A stretch of 64,000 nucleotides of DNA from assembly GCF_009914755.1 (NCBI RefSeq), contig NC_060927.1. One strand, given 5' to 3'. This stretch comes from the human T2T-CHM13v2.0 reference genome, Homo sapiens. Both the position numbers and the translations under genes were made by a program. Positions 57,724 to 64,000 of the stretch are shown here, piece by piece. Positions within the stretch are counted from its first letter, which is position 1; every line of letters begins with the position of its first letter. Below the pieces are notes generated by a model. It saw only the letters and a program-made list of their open reading frames with translations, ran no database searches and was not told where the DNA came from.

Positions 57724-58168
57724 GACTAAAGAGTTTTTTTCTGATGCAATTTTAAAACAAGGGAAGAATAGCTTTTTATAGAAGGGGCTGCTTTGACTGC
57801 TGGGGAAATATTAAAAAGTATCTCATGCCATTCAGATGTGCAAGAATGTACTTTCAGTTCTTAGAATCCCAGTTCTTATTTTCAGAGCAATGCCACATCT
57901 TATACCAAATGACAGAGTATAGCAGCAAATTCAAACACATTATAAATTAGCAACCTACAGGATTAATCGTTGCATTTAGTTTTTGACTACCTGTCTGCAT
58001 CTATAGATGATAATAGATATTTTAACACATCATGGAAAGTCCCTAGATTTTAAGTACATTACTTGAAATAAAAACTTGATTTTGTTCTATTCTTAATCTT
58101 TCAAAGGATCATCAAGAGCAATCACAATGATCCACAGTTCTTGAGTTCTCCTTTTCTCTTTAACGTTC

Positions 58169-58629
58169 TGTATTAGCTTCCTGGGGCTGCTATAACAAAG
58201 TATCACAAAGCCAAAATGATGTAAAACATTTATCATATCACAGTTCTGGAGGCCAGAAGTCCAAAGTCAACTTTGGCAGGTGATGCTCCTGCTGAAATGT
58301 GCAGGGGACTCCTTCGTTGCTTCTTCATAGCTTCTGGTGGTTTGGGGGCGATCTTCAGTGTTTTTTGACTATCAGTTGAATAAATCTCATGTCTGCCTTT
58401 ATTGTCATATGGCATTCTCCCTCAATTTGTCTCTGTCTCACATGGCTATTTTCTTATGAAGATACTAGTCATATTGGACTAGTGGTCCACCCTATTCCAG
58501 TATGACATAATCTTGACTTAACTAATTCCGGATGCAATAACCCTGTTTCTAAGAAAGTTCACATTCTGAGGTACTGGGGGTAAGGACTTCAACATACTTT
58601 CCTTGGAGTGTACAACTCAAACCGTAGCA
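58169..58629 (-). mobile_element. MLT1C-like solo LTR
   Basis: tgtattagcttcctggggctgctataacaaag...cacagttctggaggccagaagtcc...cacattctgaggtactgggg. Confidence 0.88.
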
Positions 58630-58849
58630 TATTCTTCTCTTCAGGTGTAACTACAGTCCCATAGTCTTGTCTTCAGGTAAACCCCAGTGAATAATTTAGT
58701 TAATGTTTTTTCCTTCACATGCAAGGTATCTTTATTATGGAATACTGAAATCTTCACTGACTTTAGTTTCATATAACAGATACTATATCCTATATTTTTT
58801 CTATTTCTATAAGAGTCTGAGTCCTGAGTCCCATTCTTGGTATTGGTTT

Positions 58850-59260
58850 TGGTGACAGTAAGATTGATTTGTTACAAACAACTGGGGTCAATTTAGGCTT
58901 TTTAAAGAAAAAAAATGGATTTATTGTGAAGATACCTATAAGCCCACCTATAAGCCAGATCGCAATGCTTAATAACAGGTAGCAAGCAAAAAATCATTAA
59001 TACTCCAGAAATGGTTACACAAGAGAAGCTTCCATTTAAGATGCTGCTTCAGTTGCCTCTGCCACTGAATCTTTGAAACTATTAATTGTGCCATAAATAC
59101 ATTCACATTGTCTGGCAACTTTTGTCACTTCCTTAAGATTCAAGTCCTAAACAGGAGTTCAACTAGATGGGTCTGACTTTTGTGCCATGCTTTAGCTGCT
59201 AGGGAGAAGGTAGGGAGAGGGGAATACCTGTCTGTCTTTTTGGCTATCTTAAATCTCTCT
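58850..59260 (-). mobile_element. Old MLT1-type LTR
   Basis: aaaatggatttattg...tgccatgctttagctgctagggag. Confidence 0.45.
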
Positions 59261-59619
59261 GTTTCCTCCTCCCCACTGCGCTTTCTCTCTCTTTGTTCTT
59301 ACTTTTCACTTCACCTGTATCACTGAGTCCAGTGCACTCTCTCAACTGAGGAAATTGATTTTTTTCTTAATGTTGTTGGTTCAGCAGTGTGGTCCACCCC
59401 AAATTCTCCTTTATAGATTCCTGTAGTGGCTTATAATGTGGAAAATATAAACGAAAGATTGACAGTTTTTTTTGTTGTTTTTTGGTTGTTGTTATTGTTA
59501 TCTATTTTTTTCTTTCTGCTATATTCTTTCTTTTAGACAATAAAAAAAGAAACCAAAAAATAGTTAAATGTACTGGAGGATGAAAGAGTGTGAAAAGAAG
59601 TGGAAAACAATAGCATTGA

Positions 59620-59775
59620 TGATTACTTATCACAGATATTTTACGGATAAAGAAACAGAGGTTCAAGGGGGATAAGTGATGTGCTCAGTCACACTTGTTA
59701 AAGTAAATGATGAATATGGAACATAAATCCATTTTTGGGGGACCATAATTTAGAATTCTTTTAGTATACCATGCT
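59620..59775 (-). mobile_element. MIR
   Basis: attttacggataaagaaacagaggttcaagggggataagtga. Confidence 0.8.
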
Positions 59776-59834
59776 CAGTGTTTGGCAAAGTGAGTAAATT
59801 TCAGGTTGACACTTAAAGTAATGCAATAATAAAA

Positions 59835-61590
59835 CATATATTAGTATTGTCAAGATGCCGGTTTCTCCACACTTGATCTATACAATGAATACAATCTCCA
59901 TCAAAATTTTAGCAAATTGTTTTGTGGATGTTGATAAACTGATTCTAAAGTTTACAGAAAGGCATAAGACCCAGAATAGTGAATACAACATTGAAGGAGA
60001 AGAACAAAGATGGAGGACTGATACTACCTGACTTCAAGGCTTACTATAAAGCTACAGTAATCAAGACAGTGTGACTGGTATAAGAATAGACAAATAGGTC
60101 AATGGAACAGAATAAAGGGCACATAAATAGCCCCATACAAATACAGTCAGTTGATTTTTGACAAAGGAGCAAAGGCAATACAATGGAGCAAAAATCACGT
60201 TTTCAACAAATGATGCTGAAACAACTGGACATTCATACGCAAAAAGTAAATAAATAAATAAAAAAGAAAAAAGAAAAAAAAGAATCTAGACAAAGACCTT
60301 TCACAAAAATTAACTCAAAATGGATTGTAGGCCTAAGTATAAAACACAAAGCTATAAAATTCCAAGACTATAACGTAAGAGAAAATCCAGGTGGTCTTAG
60401 ATAAAATGAGGACTTTCTAGATATGACATCAAAAGAAAAAATGATAATTTGGACTTCATCAAAATTAAAAAACTATTCTGAGACAGTCGCTTTTAAGAGA
60501 CTGAAAAGATCACTGAATGGTAGAAAATTTTTGCAAAACACATGTCTGCCAAGGCACTGGTGTTGAAAGTAAACACAAAACTCTTAAAACTCTACAAAGA
60601 GAAAACAAACAACCCAATTAAAAACTGAGCAAAAGATCTGAACAGACACCTCACCTGATGATACACAGCTAGCAAGTAAGCATGTGAAAAGATGGTCAAC
60701 ATTATACGTCATAAGGCAATTTCAAATTGAAACAACAATGAAATATCACTAAATATCTATTAGAATGGTCAAACTCCCAAACACTGACAATACTAAATGC
60801 TGGCGAGGGTATGGAGCAGCAGGAACTCTCATTCATTGCTGGTGGGGCAGCAAAATGCTGCAGCCACTTTGGAAGATAATTTGGCAGTTTTTTACCAAGC
60901 TAAACATACTCTTAAGACATTGTCCAGCAATCCCACTCTTGGATATCTACCAAAATGAGTTGAAAGTTTATGTTCATACAAACACTTTCATATAAGTGTT
61001 TATAGTAGCTCTATTTATAATTTCAAAAGAAAGCAACCAAGATGCCCTTCAATAGGTGAATAAAGAAGCCATGTTATATTCATACAATGGAAATTATTCA
61101 GCAATGAAAAGAAATGAGCTATCAAGCCAAGACAAAAGAAACCTTCACCATGGAGACATATAGGGGAGCCTTAAACACATATTAATATGTGAATGAAGCC
61201 AATGTTAAAAGTGTATATACTGTATGATTCCAACTATTTGACATCCTCAAAAAGGCAAAACTATAGAGACAGTATGAAAAATCTGATTGCCAGGAGGTTG
61301 GGTGGAGATAGGGAGGGATGAATAGGTGGAGCAAGGGGTTATTTATGACAGTGAAATTACTCCGTATGAAATTTTAGTTGTGTAAATATGTAATTATACA
61401 ATTATTAAAGCCCATAGAATGTACAACACAAAAAGTGAAATTTAATGTAAAATTATGGACTTTTACTATAACAATGAATTGGCTCACCAATTGTGACAGA
61501 TTTACAACACAAATGTAAGATGTTAGTAATAGGGGAACAAAGTTTTTATAATCCTAAAACTGCTCTAAAAAATGTATTCTATTTAAAGTA
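59835..61590 (+). mobile_element. L1MC1/2-like ORF2 3' part and 3' UTR
   Basis: CWRGYGAAGTLIHCWW; cccatagaatgtacaacac...taaaactgctctaaaa. Confidence 0.9.
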
Positions 61591-62199
61591 TACGTATTGA
61601 TAGAAAAAATAGCAAGAGCATGTGAGACAGTAAAACAGTATGGATGTTTATATGCAGGGTGCACGCAGGTGACTGCTCTAGGTGAAATACTCTACTGCGT
61701 TGGAATCAAGTGAAAGGTGAGTTTTCAGAGAAGAGATAGACTGAGCAGCTCTAATCAGAGGCACAAACATCTTTAAACAGACAAGAGAAATGTTGCAGCT
61801 AGATGCTAGAAATATGCAATTTAGAACAGACTTAGGAAATCCCTAAGGCTTTCTAAATATGCAGAAATTTCATAACTTAAGATGACAAGCAGGCTACTTG
61901 AGAGGCCCTGGACCAGAGCATAGCAATACACACTAACAAGAACCAATCTCTATGGAGAGGTCTCCTTTGGAAAAGTGTTTTAAACATGGTGATCAGATGC
62001 ATACTTTTTTTCTGTCCATCTCCAGTGGCTTCCTATGCTAAGCTACAGATTTGCTTCAGCTATCTTCATCTATAAACAAAACACTTCCTATGTTTCCTTA
62101 CCTTTTTTTACTTACCTATGCTTTCTTAATGCTGTTATGTTACTACACATACTTATTAAAGGAGTAATGGTACTCATTATATTCACATTTGCATAGACC

Positions 62200-63000
62200 A
62201 TTCTCTTCCTAGCATAATCATTTCTTTCCCTAATTCTCTTCCTAACTTGAATTTTCTTTCATTCTCAGATGTTTTTTGCTGGTTAGTGTTCTTAAGCTCA
62301 TTTGTTAGTGTTGACATTCCCTAGAGTGGTATCTATAATTTCAGGGGAAAAACAGCTTTGAACTCAGCCTTCTTTCCTCCACCGTATCTACTTTCTCTGT
62401 CAGCAACCTCATTAGCACCTTGGATTTTTATTGTTGAATACACATTAACGTCTTCCACCTCAGATGCTCCACCCCAGATGCCACTTTTCAACTCTAGAGA
62501 TGTATTTTTATTTTTATTTCAATTTCCACAGTCAATCAAACTCAAAATGTTTATAACCAAATATTTGTATTCACTATAAGCTGTCCACTCACCAGCTCTA
62601 ATAACTAAATATTGAAATTATAATATATTTAGCTCTTCTTCCTGACAATTCATCCTTCCCATCCCATGCCATTTATCAAGTTCATTAATTTCTGCCTCTA
62701 AAATGTTTTCACGAATTTACCCTTTTCTTTCTATCTGCACTTCCCCAAGATTTCATTATTAGTTTATATCAAATGTTTCTGCCACCACTGTCTCTTTCCT
62801 TTGGTATCACATTGTTGCCACAATCATCTCTATCACACAGAAATGTGTCTATTTGAATTAAAAAAAACTTGTAATAAAATAAAATTCACACAATTTAGCA
62901 TGCCATGCAATCCTTTTTCCCATATGGTTTTCACACTACTCTTTAGAACAGTGCTTCTTCTCTGGAGAGAAGATCATTTGAATTATTTTAATCCATTGTG
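62200..63000 (+). mobile_element. L2 fragment
   Basis: aaactcaaaatgtttataacc...ctgcctctaaaatg...caatcatct. Confidence 0.55.
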
Positions 63001-63214
63001 AGCAATACTTTTTATAAATCCAATAAACATTCCTTGTTAGAATAATTCTCACTGGCTAGGAAGTTGTAGTAATGTCAAATTTCTACAAAAGTGTCTAAAC
63101 AGTTAATCATATTTTCTCCACTGTCAGACTATTAATAGCTTGTAATCCATCCGGTATTTTGCCTTTGCTCATAATACCCATGTAAAGTTTGTAGTAATCA
63201 CACCAACTATTTGG

Positions 63215-63490
63215 GTAGTTATTGATCTGTTCAGGCTATTTTTTCTTGGTTCAGTCCTGGTAGATTGTGTATTTCTAGAAATTTATTCATTTATTCTAGG
63301 TTATCAAATTTGTTGGCATACTAGTGTTTGTGATAGTCCCTTTTGTTCCTTTTTATTTTTGTGGTATTTGTAATGTCTCTTCTTTAATTTCTTGTTTTAT
63401 TTATGTCTTCTCTCTTTTTTTAGTCTAGCTAAGCATTTGCTGATTTTGTTTATCTTATCAAAAGACCAACTCTTAGTCTTACTGATTGTT
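63215..63490 (-). mobile_element. L1M ORF2 fragment
   Basis: ORF 63397-63585(-) includes ISKTKSWSFDKINKISKCLARL. Confidence 0.85.
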
Positions 63491-63499
63491 ATTGACAAA

Positions 63500-64000
63500 A
63501 ATTTTGTATACCTGACAAACATGTTTATGCCAGCACTCTTCACAGTTATCCCAAACTGGCAACTATCCAAATATACACCTACCATAAAATAGACTTAAAA
63601 AGTTGTTATAGTCATACAATGGAAAATTAGCAATAAGTATGAACACATTTCAACTATATTCAGCAACATAATGGACATAAACATAATGGTGAGTGAAAGG
63701 AGATAGTTGCATAGGAGTATACTTTATGATTTTAGTTAAATCAAATACAAATGGAGGCAAAAATATTGTATCATGTTAGAAGTCAGGATAATGATTACTC
63801 TGAGAAGGGTACTAATAGTGAAACAGGGACTTCTGGAGTGCTAATTATACATAGATACATAGATAGATATAGACAGATTAGATAGATAGATAGACAGATA
63901 GATAGGTTGATAGATCTGTGTGCTCCACAGATCTTCATGCTCAATTTATGGAAATTCATTAAATTATACAATTATGATTTTTGTATTTTTTGGTATGTAT
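63500..64000 (+). mobile_element. L1ME-like 3' region
   Basis: catgtttatgccagcactcttcacag...tagaagtcaggataatg...gacttctgg. Confidence 0.75.
63848..63914. repeat. Imperfect (GATA)n tetranucleotide repeat
   Basis: gata/gaca arrays. Confidence 0.92.

Overview
AT-rich, CpG-poor primate genomic DNA, probably human (it contains a near-pristine AluYa-lineage copy and L1PA3/PA4 copies). It looks intergenic or deep-intronic. I can support no protein-coding gene: the listed ORFs are broken L1 ORF2 pieces, Alu/LTR/L2 read-throughs or chance frames. Much of the window is transposon-derived (L1, L2, L3/CR1, Alu, MIR, MaLR/ERVL/ERV1/ERVK LTRs, DNA transposons). Subfamily names come from my recollection of consensus sequences, and boundaries of old repeats are approximate. 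The best-supported structures are: (1) a four-layer nested L1 stack at 29.7-39.4 kb with a twin-primed core; (2) an L1PA3-like insertion with a 5' inversion and an apparent 3' transduction inside one TSD pair; (3) a ~150-bp palindrome with extra rearranged copies at 54.46-54.70 kb; (4) a perfect DR5 retinoic-acid-response element in apparently non-repeat DNA; (5) a tailless 5S rRNA fragment; (6) a poly(A)-only insertion with TSD; (7) a complete two-LTR MaLR with an internal duplication. I found no evidence for a previously undescribed multi-gene system.
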